Below are positions 1 to 9,193 of a stretch of 64,000 nucleotides of DNA, piece by piece. Position numbers and translations under genes: made by a program. The number at the start of each line of letters is the position of its first letter. Position 1 is the first letter of the stretch. A model generated the notes under the pieces. That model was not told where the DNA came from. It saw only the letters and a program-made list of their open reading frames with translations, and did not search any database. The DNA is taken from contig JAOUJM010000001.1 in NCBI GenBank assembly GCA_029883265.1, positions 10,511 to 74,510 of the forward strand. The letters run 5' to 3'. This DNA is from Gammaproteobacteria bacterium (GTDB lineage: Bacteria > Pseudomonadota > Gammaproteobacteria > S012-40).

Positions 1-702
1 ATCACCAATCGAGGCCATTAAGGTGGCCGCACTGATCGGGCCAATGCCGGGTATAGTTTGTAGTCGTTGATAATCTTCGTTATTTGCGAGCAGTGATTTC
101 AATTCCGCTTCCAGCGCTTTCACATGCTGGTCATGGGCCGTTAATTCACGATAGAGGCGATGCACAAAACCTCGAGCAGTCATGGTCAACGGTTGTTGCG
201 CATCTTCTAAAATATCGGGAACACTGCTGCGTAGTTTGTTTAAACCAACCGGAACGATAACACCGTATTCTGCCATTAAGCCTCGCAACTGATGTGCGGT
301 TGCTGTGCGTTGTTTAACGAGTCGTTCTCGTATGCGTTGCAGTGATTGAATGTCCTGCTGTTCTAGCGTTTTAACTGCAACAAAGCTGGCCTTGGGGCGA
401 CGCGATGCTTCAGCAATCGCAATGGCATCGTTGTGATCATTTTTGTTTCCTACCACAAAGGGTTTTACTTGATAGGCAGGAATCAGCTTGACAGTGTGAC
501 CTAAGGCCTGAATTTCCCTACCCCAATGATGCGACGAATAGCAAGCTTCCATGATAACCTCAGTTGGTTCAAACTGCCGCATGGCATGTAATAATTGTTT
601 GCGAGAGTGTTTCTTGTTTGAAACGATTGTGTTATCTGCATTCAATGCACAGATTTGAAAAACAGTTTTTGCTAAATCGATACTAATTACGCTATGTTTC
701 AT
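1..702 (-). CDS. IS110-family transposase (partial; C-terminus lies beyond window start)
   Basis: Hand translation of the minus strand from ATG at 702..700: MKHSVISIDLAKTVFQICALN...EACYSSHHWGREI...NDHNDAIAIAEA...QTIPGIGPISAATLMASIGD. It is open through position 1 (exactly 234 codons). The DEDD-type N-terminal motifs and the C-terminal IPGIG motif are typical of IS110/IS1111-family transposases. It is absent from the ORF track because there is no stop inside the window. Confidence 0.85.
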   Translation of the reverse strand, partial: MKHSVISIDLAKTVFQICALNADNTIVSNKKHSRKQLLHAMRQFEPTEVIMEACYSSHHWGREIQALGHTVKLIPAYQVKPFVVGNKNDHNDAIAIAEASRRPKASFVAVKTLEQQDIQSLQRIRERLVKQRTATAHQLRGLMAEYGVIVPVGLNKLRSSVPDILEDAQQPLTMTARGFVHRLYRELTAHDQHVKALEAELKSLLANNEDYQRLQTIPGIGPISAATLMASIGD

Positions 703-958
703 TATGGACACCCCGTTTGCTTGATTTGATTGAACACCTTACAAGTTTGGCACATTATGATGCCGGATGCGGGGTGTCCATCTCAGCACCCATCTATCCT
801 CAACTAAAGATCACTTCGGCATCCATCATTTGTACTTTTCTCTCAAACACTTTCTCAATGATTCACTAAACATCGGATCAATCATCGTACTGACATTTAA
901 TTTAAAGCCTGACGCCGTTTGGACTTCGGTTTAGAAAACGAATATTAGGCGCTTTCCC
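1..958 (-). mobile_element. IS110-family element (partial), including a ~256-bp 5' leader up to the breakpoint with the truncated toxin-A duplicate
   Basis: Similarity between 945-1103 and 1545-1699 stops at ~958/959, and everything below is unrelated IS sequence. A 12-bp perfect inverted repeat (ATGGACACCCCG at 704-715 and CGGGGTGTCCAT at 770-781) sits in the leader. The end point is an inference because IS110 elements lack terminal IRs. Confidence 0.4.
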
Positions 959-1103
959 AAAGTCCATACTTTTAACATTCCCAAGCTCATCAATGATTGA
1001 CGCCATATCCTTGTTATAAGATCCAAGGATTGTCGTTGTTTTTCCCGGCTCGGTCTGAAGAATTACCCCGGATGATGCCTGATGGTTTAGCGTTTTGTCT
1101 GGA
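902..1103 (-). pseudogene. Truncated duplicate of the orphan toxin A N-terminus (VVPDKTLNHQASSGVILQTEPGKTTTILGSYNKDMASIIDELGNVKSMDFG, then divergent, stop at 904..902)
   Basis: 959-1103 is ~95% identical at the nucleotide level to 1549-1699 (tandem duplication). The reading frame leaves the toxin sequence at ~958 where the IS110-associated DNA begins. Confidence 0.6.
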
Positions 1104-1306
1104 ACAACTTAATCGGTTGCACCCAAATACCAGATCATAAACTCATAGAACCCATCCCATTTTGCAGGGATTTCGCCATTCACAAAACGATCTCTAGTTG
1201 CTAGCTCAAAGTCCCAGACCCTGCCTGTAATCTTGTCATACAAATAGCAACCTTCTCCCTCTGCAGTAGTGAAGCATATATAGTTTTCTGGTACTTTCCA
1301 GATGAC

Positions 1307-1699
1307 CTATACCCCAAATCCTGTCAGTTCCATTTTACCTGTTGATGTGTTTGGCCTGATCAAGACACCCAACCCTCGATTATCGATAACATCGAACCCC
1401 GGCTTAGTAGCCATGAGAATACTGTCACCTCTAGAGGTAGCAGAATTTAAGAATGGTACATTGACTTCGTTCCAAAATCCTTTTGGCCCCAGTGTTCTGA
1501 ACAACTCATCTGGCGCATTTAATACATTGAAGTTACCAGGCTTTGGACCAAAGTCCATACTTTTAACATTCCCAAGCTCATCAATGACTGACGCCATATC
1601 CTTGTTATAAGATCCAAGGATTGTCGTTGTTTTTCCCTGCTCGGTCTGAAGAATTACCCCGGATGATGCTTGATGGTTTAGCGTTTTGTTTGGAACTAC
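1307..1699 (-). CDS. Orphan polymorphic-toxin C-terminal domain A (startless; begins VVPNKTLNHQASSG at the conserved junction)
   Basis: Track ORF 1307..1597 continues in frame upstream to GTA GTT CCA AAC AAA at 1699. There is no ATG until codon 36. The junction motif is shared with the other modules. The function of the domain is unknown. Confidence 0.6.
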   Translation of the reverse strand, partial: VVPNKTLNHQASSGVILQTEQGKTTTILGSYNKDMASVIDELGNVKSMDFGPKPGNFNVLNAPDELFRTLGPKGFWNEVNVPFLNSATSRGDSILMATKPGFDVIDNRGLGVLIRPNTSTGKMELTGFGV

Positions 1700-1707
1700 C
1701 CACTAGT

Positions 1708-2172
1708 CTACTTTGACTCTCCCCAATTAAATCTCACATCAATCCAAGACTTACCTTCCAACACTGACAATAGCTCTAAATCACTAAACAAAGAGTTCAC
1801 GAATTTCATGAATTCCCTTAACTGTTGCTCAAATTCTCCGCTATAGCTAGAAAGACTAAAAGGGCTTTGCTGAGAAATAGTACCACGCTTCTGTACCCAT
1901 GAATCCAGACTAAAGTCTTTATCTGTCTTATCATCAATCACATAAATGACAATGTAGTCGCCCTTATCCCCGAATGCTGGATAGAATGTAAATTCCACAG
2001 AAACACCATTATCACCGCTTAGCAAATACTCGTAGCTATCTCCTGCTGGCCCCTTACTTGATACATGCTTAGTGTGTTTAAGCCTAAATCCAATACTAGT
2101 TAGACTGTCTAACATCACCAAGAATGATTCAACTTTTTTGGCTTTATCTTTTACTGGTGTGGAGTTTTTCAT
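1708..2172 (-). CDS. Putative immunity protein for toxin B
   Basis: 154-aa ORF. Its ATG overlaps the toxin B stop (ATGA at 2172). It sits immediately 3' of a CT module, the classical toxin-immunity arrangement. Confidence 0.55.
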   Translation of the reverse strand: MKNSTPVKDKAKKVESFLVMLDSLTSIGFRLKHTKHVSSKGPAGDSYEYLLSGDNGVSVEFTFYPAFGDKGDYIVIYVIDDKTDKDFSLDSWVQKRGTISQQSPFSLSSYSGEFEQQLREFMKFVNSLFSDLELLSVLEGKSWIDVRFNWGESK

Positions 2173-2609
2173 TACTTACTCCCTCCAAATATGGTCTGCT
2201 TCTCAACAGCATAAAATGGGCTAAAACCCTGATTATGAGGATTACCTATATCAATGATTGTGTACCCTTCAGATTCAATCTTCTGAGCCCAAGCTTTGTT
2301 CGCCTGATACATTTCAGTTTTAACAAGCTCAGGATTAGTCAACCTACGACCACCTTCGGTTAACCTCTCGAATTCTTTGCGTGCTGAACGAGGAATCATG
2401 TCACCATCAAAAAGTTCTACATCGTAGCCTTTCTTTTGGAGCACAGCAGCATAATCTCTTACACCATTGATTTTATTATTTCCCATCGCTCTACCAATCA
2501 CAGCGACTTTTCCGTTATCACCCTGAGCAATCCTCTGTGCTTTTAGGCCGTCTACTTCAAGCGATCTAATGCTACCTAAATCGAAGAGTTTCTTGTTTGG
2601 AACATCAAA
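2172..2609 (-). CDS. Orphan toxin C-terminal domain B (begins FDVPNKKLFDLGSIRSLEVDGLKAQRIAQGDNGKVAVIGRAMGNN...)
   Basis: Track ORF 2172..2501 extends in frame to the DVPNK junction at ~2606. A stop lies just upstream at 2612..2610. Confidence 0.6.
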   Translation of the reverse strand, partial: FDVPNKKLFDLGSIRSLEVDGLKAQRIAQGDNGKVAVIGRAMGNNKINGVRDYAAVLQKKGYDVELFDGDMIPRSARKEFERLTEGGRRLTNPELVKTEMYQANKAWAQKIESEGYTIIDIGNPHNQGFSPFYAVEKQTIFGGSK

Positions 2610-2880
2610 CTATTTCAGTTTTTATCCTTTTGACACACTCCGCTAAAGCTCTATAGCTTGGGGGTTGAACGCAATAGGCATCAGATACATTTCGTGAAAA
2701 ACCAAGAGCTTTGTCTGATATATCGTCGACATTCCCACTCTTCAGTGCTTCCAAAAGTGCTTCAGCTGTCGCCACGATATTCATCAATTCTTCCCGATCC
2801 TCGGAATTTGAAGTATTTATTGCGTCTCTTCTGTAGAGAGCTAAGGTCGTCTTGAGTAATTCAATAATGTCATTTTGCAT
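2605..2880 (-). CDS. Putative immunity protein for toxin C
   Basis: 91-aa ORF whose ATG overlaps the toxin C stop (TAATG at 2880). Confidence 0.5.
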   Translation of the reverse strand: MQNDIIELLKTTLALYRRDAINTSNSEDREELMNIVATAEALLEALKSGNVDDISDKALGFSRNVSDAYCVQPPSYRALAECVKRIKTEIV

Positions 2881-3320
2881 TAATTTAACTCCTCAATTAT
2901 TGCTCTCGGGCCTTGAGCATTGTAAGTTTGCTGTCCTCCTCCAATTAGGTTCGGCTTTGGCTGCGGCGCTACTGTACCTTGAAACACGGTTGTTCCGGGC
3001 TGATATTTTACAACAGCAGCCTTGGTTACCTGGTTGTTCGGTAGAGCCAAAATCCGTATTCGATCCTCAATTTTCTCAATCCATTGGGGAGTGGACCATC
3101 TACCTCCAAGTTTTGCTCCACCTTTTAACCCATCAAAGTATCGAAATTCTACTAATTCACTGTTGAGTGTTTTTACTCTAAAGGTCTCTAACTCAAAAGC
3201 CTTTATGAGTTGATTTCTTTCTGAGGGTAGTAAATCTTGCCTAGTTTCTCTAAGGATAGATCTAGCCTGTCTGATATTTGCCGCCGCTTCGGATCTGATC
3301 CCTGCACTGTCTGGAACAAC
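2880..3320 (-). CDS. Orphan toxin C-terminal domain C (startless, 146 aa; VVPDSAGIRSEAAANIRQARSILRE...AIIEELN)
   Basis: Not in the ORF track because it has no Met. Hand translation from GTT GTT CCA GAC at 3320 is open to TAA at 2882..2880. The junction codon directly follows the TAG stop (3323..3321) of immunity D. Confidence 0.55.
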   Translation of the reverse strand, partial: VVPDSAGIRSEAAANIRQARSILRETRQDLLPSERNQLIKAFELETFRVKTLNSELVEFRYFDGLKGGAKLGGRWSTPQWIEKIEDRIRILALPNNQVTKAAVVKYQPGTTVFQGTVAPQPKPNLIGGGQQTYNAQGPRAIIEELN

Positions 3321-3542
3321 CTATTTTATTTCTTCTACACGTACCCCGAGCTCCCTTAACCTAGAAAAAACTGCGTCAGCCAAGCTTTCATCAGAAATAG
3401 GCAAATCATACTCTCGGCCGTCCTCGTTCGTAAAACAAAGCATTTCAGAATAAGGAGTAACTTCGATATAAAACCGACCAATCTCAACACCAGTTTCAGC
3501 TATAAATTTATCAGCTAAATCTCTCATATCTTCATTCAGCAT
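3321..3542 (-). CDS. Putative immunity protein for toxin D
   Basis: 73-aa ORF. Its start overlaps the toxin D stop at 3542. Its stop is immediately followed by the module C junction. Confidence 0.5.
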   Translation of the reverse strand: MLNEDMRDLADKFIAETGVEIGRFYIEVTPYSEMLCFTNEDGREYDLPISDESLADAVFSRLRELGVRVEEIK

Positions 3543-4069
3543 TATTTTGCACCTCCTGTACGAGGTGCCTTGCCGAACCCTGGATAATAGATTGTATTGT
3601 CAGCATTGCCTGTACCCCAGAAAATTCTTGTTGGCTGCGGTTTAGCCAAAGGGTTTTGTTGCAACTGCCTAAAATATCTTGCATTAACTAAATCCATATC
3701 TTTTAGAGATGGCCATATTTGTGTAGCAGTTTCATTCGGATGAACATGACCAATCAATCTAGAATCACGCGGAACTGGGCTAGTCCAAGCATTGCCACTG
3801 TATAGCCTCTTAACCAATGTCCCATCGCCTAATCTTTCAGTGGTCAACGCAAACTCGACGTTTCTTCCATCAAGCCTGCCTAACTCATAGACATCGCCAA
3901 ACCGAATCGACCTATCCGTTAACGTTACACCTTGAGTTCCTGGTAGAGCTCCAGTTTGACGTAACTCAGCCATCGATATATGTGAACCCAGGCCCTCAGT
4001 ATGCCTAAAGCCATTAGAGTCTACTTTACCGGCCTGATGTAAAACATCGAAAGCACTGTCTGGAACAAT
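3542..4069 (-). CDS. Orphan toxin C-terminal domain D (begins IVPDSAFDVLHQAGKVDSNGF...)
   Basis: Track ORF 3542..3973 extends in frame to the IVPD junction (GTCTGGAAC at 4058-4066). Confidence 0.55.
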   Translation of the reverse strand: MVPDSAFDVLHQAGKVDSNGFRHTEGLGSHISMAELRQTGALPGTQGVTLTDRSIRFGDVYELGRLDGRNVEFALTTERLGDGTLVKRLYSGNAWTSPVPRDSRLIGHVHPNETATQIWPSLKDMDLVNARYFRQLQQNPLAKPQPTRIFWGTGNADNTIYYPGFGKAPRTGGAK

Positions 4070-4070
4070 A

Positions 4071-4361
4071 CTACTTGGCTTCTATGAAAGCTCTTTCTGC
4101 TTTTGCTATGTCCTCAGCTAACTTCGAATCAAATGGCCAACTATCTGCTATCGCATGTGTAAGGCCTAAGTTCCGCTGACTCTTTTCTGGTAAAGAACCC
4201 GAATTCAAAGTGTCTAACATCTTCTGAAGCTTCTGTTTAAAAGCATCCTTCTGTACTTTTGGTACGTTGGCTAGTTTAGGATCAGGAGAGCTAGATAGCT
4301 CTCGATCCAATGCCTCCATAGCAGATTTGACCAGCTTAGTTGCCTGCTCTATTGAACTCAT
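4071..4361 (-). CDS. Putative immunity protein for toxin E
   Basis: 96-aa ORF directly 3' of toxin E. Its stop TAG (4073..4071) abuts the module D junction. Confidence 0.5.
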   Translation of the reverse strand: MSSIEQATKLVKSAMEALDRELSSSPDPKLANVPKVQKDAFKQKLQKMLDTLNSGSLPEKSQRNLGLTHAIADSWPFDSKLAEDIAKAERAFIEAK

Positions 4362-4799
4362 TTATGGCTCCAATAAGTCGTTTGTATCTAATATATATTT
4401 CTGAATTTGACTGCCTTCAACACCTACTCCCATTGAAGATGCACGCCCTTCAAGAATTTTAGTATTAGGCCTAATTTGGAATTGCTTCATGTAGGTCATC
4501 TGATTCCATTCTGGTTTTAATGCTAGATTTTGTCTTGAAGCAGGGAAAGTTTCGAACAGGTAACGACCTTTCTCCCACGCTTTCACATTATCGTAATACC
4601 TGATACCAAATTCGCTATCTGTTGCTTGTCTCAAGTTGAGAGTCTTAATATCAAAACTCTCTAGAACTTGCTTCCTGATATCTCGTGGCACTCCAGCATT
4701 TTGTAAGAACTGCGATGCTTCCTTAACCCCTGCGTATCTTTGACCAAGTACGCCCTCTAATTCAGCCGTAGAGATGTTGTCGGCTTTGTTTGGAACTAC
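4362..4799 (-). CDS. Orphan toxin C-terminal domain E (begins VVPNKADNISTAELEGVLGQRYAGVKE...)
   Basis: Track ORF 4362..4691 extends in frame to GTA GTT CCA AAC AAA at 4799. The first junction codon shares one nucleotide with the TAG stop of immunity F (TAGTAGTTCCA). Confidence 0.55.
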   Translation of the reverse strand, partial: VVPNKADNISTAELEGVLGQRYAGVKEASQFLQNAGVPRDIRKQVLESFDIKTLNLRQATDSEFGIRYYDNVKAWEKGRYLFETFPASRQNLALKPEWNQMTYMKQFQIRPNTKILEGRASSMGVGVEGSQIQKYILDTNDLLEP

Positions 4800-5191
4800 T
4801 AATTAGGTAACTGCTTTACTAATGCATCGAAGTTCTGCTTAAGTTTTATCGCAATTTCACTGAGCTGTTCCTCGTCGCTCATAGGCGTGTCAGGAACTCC
4901 AGCTAGTAACTCCTCTATCGATAACTGCTCCCCGTCAGATATCAATGAGTTCAAATATGACCACTCGGCATTATCTAATTCTTCATTGCTTGCTTCGATA
5001 GTGCCGATCAAACAATTTACTTCCCCATCCCTTTCGGATTGATAAAAACATAACTTACAGAGTGGGGAAGAATAAAAAACTAGGGATTTATTACCACCAT
5101 CCAAATCTAAAGTTTCGTCTAGTTTAAAACCCTTGGCAGAAAAGAAATCTTCCAAGGCCCTACGCACTTTTCTCTGAAAATCGATAGTCAT
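4799..5191 (-). CDS. Putative immunity protein for toxin F
   Basis: 130-aa ORF. Its start overlaps the toxin F stop (5188..5191). Confidence 0.5.
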   Translation of the reverse strand: MTIDFQRKVRRALEDFFSAKGFKLDETLDLDGGNKSLVFYSSPLCKLCFYQSERDGEVNCLIGTIEASNEELDNAEWSYLNSLISDGEQLSIEELLAGVPDTPMSDEEQLSEIAIKLKQNFDALVKQLPN

Positions 5192-5664
5192 TGTTTGTCA
5201 GCCTTGATCCAAGAATTACCATCTCTCACATAACCATAATTCTTGGCGTTGGTTTCAAGATATTTAATCTCCATCGCCGTGAAGCTTTTTGGTCTATTAG
5301 TTAAAACTTCTCTGATTGTTTCGCCATGGAGATCAATTCGACCAACGCCACGCTCTAATTGACCATGAAGGAATTGTTCATTAACAGACCAAGCTTTTGC
5401 TCTACCTTCTGTCTTGCTTAAACCATTGGTGAGTTTTGAGAAAAAGCTGGAGTCCGTCTCAAACCATACTCCACCATTAGCCTTTGCCTCACCGATATAC
5501 CCACCATTGTCAACCCACTTGCCCAAAACTACACGATTTGAATTCTGATTAACATGGGTGGACATTTCTGCTATTTGTCGAGCATACTGATCCGCATTAG
5601 TGCCCGATGTATTGCGTAATCCATTAATCGCATCATTCAGAGAGAGCTTGTTTGGAACAAATAA
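5188..5664 (-). CDS. Orphan toxin C-terminal domain F (begins LFVPNKLSLNDAINGLRNTSGTNADQYARQIAEMSTHVNQNS...)
   Basis: Track ORF 5188..5565 extends in frame to the FVPNK junction (TTTGGAAC at 5651-5658). A stop lies just upstream. Confidence 0.55.
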   Translation of the reverse strand, partial: LFVPNKLSLNDAINGLRNTSGTNADQYARQIAEMSTHVNQNSNRVVLGKWVDNGGYIGEAKANGGVWFETDSSFFSKLTNGLSKTEGRAKAWSVNEQFLHGQLERGVGRIDLHGETIREVLTNRPKSFTAMEIKYLETNAKNYGYVRDGNSWIKADKQ

Positions 5665-5675
5665 TCAGCTAGTAG

Positions 5676-6059
5676 TTAGCTGTAGTACTTATACAAATCA
5701 GAATCTTCCCACTCTTTCTCATAAACCGCAAGAACCCTGCTTAATGCATCTCGAACTCTTAAATCTGAGCTATTCGACATTTCCTGCAGAACTGATAGCT
5801 TAATTTCGTCCCATTTTAGTTCTCTCATGCAAAACTCAAGAATTTCAATAGGCCATTTTTCTTCTTTTACTATCGTTTTAAAATTCTCGACAAGTTCTTC
5901 ACGACTATTAGAATTGGACTGTACAAACTGGAGTATTTGTAACAAATAGGGCTCAAGTTCATCCGTGCCGTCAGTTTTTTGCCATGCAGACTCTGCGGCT
6001 TGTACTAAGGTCCAGAATTCATCTGCAACTTTCATGATCATTAATCCTTCTTTACCCAT
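5676..6059 (-). CDS. Putative immunity protein for toxin G
   Basis: 127-aa ORF. The internal Met at 6041 would give the typical TGATG stop/start overlap with toxin G, so the true start may be 6041. Confidence 0.5.
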   Translation of the reverse strand: MGKEGLMIMKVADEFWTLVQAAESAWQKTDGTDELEPYLLQILQFVQSNSNSREELVENFKTIVKEEKWPIEILEFCMRELKWDEIKLSVLQEMSNSSDLRVRDALSRVLAVYEKEWEDSDLYKYYS

Positions 6060-6846
6060 TCACCGCCACGAGGAAGTGTTGAATCAAACCTCCAGACTTT
6101 CTCTATATATTTGTTCGTGGTATCAAATCCTAGTGCTTGAAACGCTTTCTCAGTTGCCTTTTGTGCAGATTGCCCATGGGGCTGATAATGACCCGAAGTG
6201 TTGTCGATATATTTCAACTCGCCATTTACAGCTTTGACCTCGCCGGCAGCAATTACAGGACGATTGTTGGCAATATCAATATGACCGCCACCAGGCGCTT
6301 TCCTGGATTGTTTACCAAGCAGCAAAGTGCCATCCTCGAGTACTACATAATTGGCTTTTTGGTTAATCTCAGTAAATCTATTCGGATTTATAAGGTTAGC
6401 CGGACCAACGCTATCTTCAGGAAATTTATTCGTGAACACTGAAGTTTTGTTGTCTGGAACAAATCCGTCTACCTTGCGTAGTTTACCCAACATAGAGGAC
6501 CCAGCCAAGGTTAAAGCAAAATCAACTGGAGATTCTGGGATCAACATGTCGAACAATTGCGCACCTACAAACGCTCCAGGACTTAAATTCTTGAATGCAA
6601 AATGCTCCATTGAGTTTTTAACTTGTGATTTACCACTCCTCATATCGCTGGTAAATTTGACAGAATTTTCATAGATATTTCTAAGTATTGGATCTTCTAT
6701 CAAGTCACTGAGCTTATTAATATCTTGAATATCAGTGTCAACTCGCCATATTTTTGCACCGTTTTCATCAGAGCCAATACTATCTGAAACATCAGCTCTA
6801 ACAGGACCATGTTCATTTTTCGCAAGCTGTAATCCGTCCAGTGATA
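6041..6846 (-). CDS. Orphan module G: ~130-aa pre-junction RHS-tail fragment (…VDFALTLAGSSMLGKLRKVDGF) plus VPDNK junction plus CT domain
   Basis: Track ORF 6041..6868. Its first 7 codons (MRSLGRL) are encoded inside the IS66 left end (6847-6868). The internal junction is GTCTGGAAC at 6452-6460. Confidence 0.5.
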
Positions 6847-6930
6847 GTAAGCGTCCCAAACTCCGCACCTTCCCAGTTCGCTTAAGATCCGTTAGCCTGT
6901 TTCTGTGTAAATTACCGGCAGGAGCAAGCC

Positions 6931-7290
6931 ATGAACGATCTCACTCAATCATCCATCAAAAACATTCGCACGGATAAACGCAGCAAGGGCCCTGAGTATT
7001 GGCAGGCGCATATAGAGGCCATGAAACAAAGTGGTCTATCAAAAACCGCGTACTGTAAACAAAACAATCTTTCGACGGTGACATTTTTTAAATGGGAAAA
7101 GAAACTCGCCAAGGCCTCGGCTTTGTTTGTACCTGCGAAGTTGGAGATGCCGGTGTCTCCAACCTCATCCAACGAGATGATTCGGATTGATCTACCCAAT
7201 GGCTGTGTGATTTCCTTGCCGGTATCGTGCTCACCCGCAGAGGGTTTACGTTGGATTGAGACCTTGATGCGTGTTTCATGCTCAAGCTAG
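6931..7290 (+). CDS. tnpA: IS66-family TnpA (orf1, HTH)
   Basis: 119 aa. It is the first of three overlapping same-strand ORFs after a GTAAGCG-type IR. Its paralogue at 18817 is about 85% identical. Confidence 0.7.
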   Translation: MNDLTQSSIKNIRTDKRSKGPEYWQAHIEAMKQSGLSKTAYCKQNNLSTVTFFKWEKKLAKASALFVPAKLEMPVSPTSSNEMIRIDLPNGCVISLPVSCSPAEGLRWIETLMRVSCSS

Positions 7291-7634
7291 ATCAAGAGAT
7301 TCAGATTTACTTCGCGATTAACCCGATCAACATGCTGAAAAGCTTTGACGGTTTAGCAGCCTTGGTGGTGGATGTGATTCAACAAAATCCCCTATCAGGG
7401 CATTTGTTTGTGTTTCGTAATCGAGCCGCTGATAAAATTAAACTACTGATCTGGGATCGCAATGGCTTTACCATCTACTATAAAAGACTCGAACGCGGTC
7501 GCTTTAAGTTTCCTGAGTTGGATGACTGCACTCATCTTTCGATCACTCGTCAAGAACTGGATTTATTGTTTGATGGTATTGACTTCACTCAACTCAAACG
7601 CCTACCCACACTTCACTATAAATCAGTGATTTGA
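7278..7634 (+). CDS. tnpB: IS66-family TnpB (orf2)
   Basis: 118 aa with the motifs IYFAINPINMLKSFDGL…LFVFRNRAADKIKLLIWDRNGF…YKRLE characteristic of IS66 Orf2. It overlaps the tnpA end. Confidence 0.8.
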   Translation: MLKLDQEIQIYFAINPINMLKSFDGLAALVVDVIQQNPLSGHLFVFRNRAADKIKLLIWDRNGFTIYYKRLERGRFKFPELDDCTHLSITRQELDLLFDGIDFTQLKRLPTLHYKSVI

Positions 7635-7646
7635 TCCGTCTGATAC

Positions 7647-9185
7647 TTGCATTACAATAGTGCCATGCAAGGACGCACGAAAACACATTATTCCTACTCT
7701 GAACTCAAAGCTTTAGTCGATGAACTTCAAAAAGAAGTGCAGCTGCTTCGAGAGAAAAATCGTTTGTTACTGCATCGTCAGTTTGCCGCGAAGTCCGAAC
7801 AGACTACCGATGATCAGTTGTCCTTGTTTGATGCGGATACTTCATCGTCCGAAGTAAATCAAAACAATGAAAAAAACAACAACATCGTCGTACTGGCACA
7901 TCATCGCAAGAAACGACAACGACTGACGTTTTCTGATGACCTACCCAAACGTAGAGTTGAGATTGATCTGGATGAACACGATAAGACCTGCGATTGTTGC
8001 GAAGCACCACTGACGCATATTGGTGAAGACATCACTCGAAAGATTGAATTTATCCCAGCGAAAGTCCAAGTCGTCGAATACGCTCGATTAAAATATGCGT
8101 GTAAATCCTGTGAAGACACCATTAAACGCCCACCCTTACCGAACTTTATCTTACCAAAAAGTTTCGCCACACCAAGTTTACTCGCGCATTTGATTGTGAG
8201 TAAGTTTGGTGATGGCTTACCTTTGTATCGCATTCAACAACAACTGGCCCGTCAAGGTGTGCATTTACCGCGTTCCACCATGAGTACACTGTTACTCAAA
8301 GCCGCTGATTTACTCGATCCGGTTTATAAATTAATGATCAAGCAAGTATTGTCCGGCCCGCGTATTTGGACAGATGACACGATTCTTCCCAAACAAAACG
8401 ATGATCCGAGTCGAAACAAAATCATTCAATCCAGATTATGGGTGTATATTGGTGGACCTCTTAAAGATCCACCCTTGGTCATTTTCGATTACACCAGCAC
8501 TCGATCCTCGAAATGGCCGAAGGACTTATTGTCTGATTACCAAGGCTACAAACATGCCGATGGTTATGGCGGCTATAAATCGTTGCATGATACAGGTAAA
8601 ATTCACTATGTGGCGTGCTGGAGTCATGCGCGGCGAAAGTTTTTTGAGGCCTCATTACTCACCGAGCAAACCGGTAAAGCCAAGACCATGATTAAATACA
8701 TCAAACTGCTTTATAAGATTGAAACCGCTTGTGAAAAATATGGTAATAAAAAACGTAAACGGTTTCGACGAAGATATGCCACACCCATACTCAACACCAT
8801 CAAAGCCTATGCCGATCAACATGCGCCGCATATTCCACCCAAAACCAGTTTGGGTAAAGCGTTTACTTATTTGCTTAATCAATGGCATGGACTGGTTCGT
8901 TATCTCGATGCCGGTCACCTAACCATTGACAATAACCTGGCCGAACGACACATCCGACCCATTGCCGTGGTTCGAAAAAGTTTTCTGTTTGTCGGCTCGG
9001 ATCGCGGTGGTCGTGCGGCTGCGATTTATTATTCGGTGTTGGGGTCGTGTAAAAGTTTGAGGGTGAATCCTTATAAGTATTTGATGGATTTGTTTGAGCG
9101 GTTGCCAAATTTTGAATCAAAATTGGAGTTAAGCAATTTGATGCTAACTCGCTGGACTAAACAAGATGACGAACGAAAAATCTGA
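7647..9185 (+). CDS. tnpC: IS66-family transposase TnpC (orf3)
   Basis: 512 aa. It has an N-terminal leucine-zipper-like coiled coil, a CxxC…CxxC zinc-finger region (KTCDCC…CKSCED) and a DDE-type core. It is about 88% identical to the 19554..21044 copy. Confidence 0.85.
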   Translation: MHYNSAMQGRTKTHYSYSELKALVDELQKEVQLLREKNRLLLHRQFAAKSEQTTDDQLSLFDADTSSSEVNQNNEKNNNIVVLAHHRKKRQRLTFSDDLPKRRVEIDLDEHDKTCDCCEAPLTHIGEDITRKIEFIPAKVQVVEYARLKYACKSCEDTIKRPPLPNFILPKSFATPSLLAHLIVSKFGDGLPLYRIQQQLARQGVHLPRSTMSTLLLKAADLLDPVYKLMIKQVLSGPRIWTDDTILPKQNDDPSRNKIIQSRLWVYIGGPLKDPPLVIFDYTSTRSSKWPKDLLSDYQGYKHADGYGGYKSLHDTGKIHYVACWSHARRKFFEASLLTEQTGKAKTMIKYIKLLYKIETACEKYGNKKRKRFRRRYATPILNTIKAYADQHAPHIPPKTSLGKAFTYLLNQWHGLVRYLDAGHLTIDNNLAERHIRPIAVVRKSFLFVGSDRGGRAAAIYYSVLGSCKSLRVNPYKYLMDLFERLPNFESKLELSNLMLTRWTKQDDERKI

Positions 9186-9193
9186 ACCGGCTT

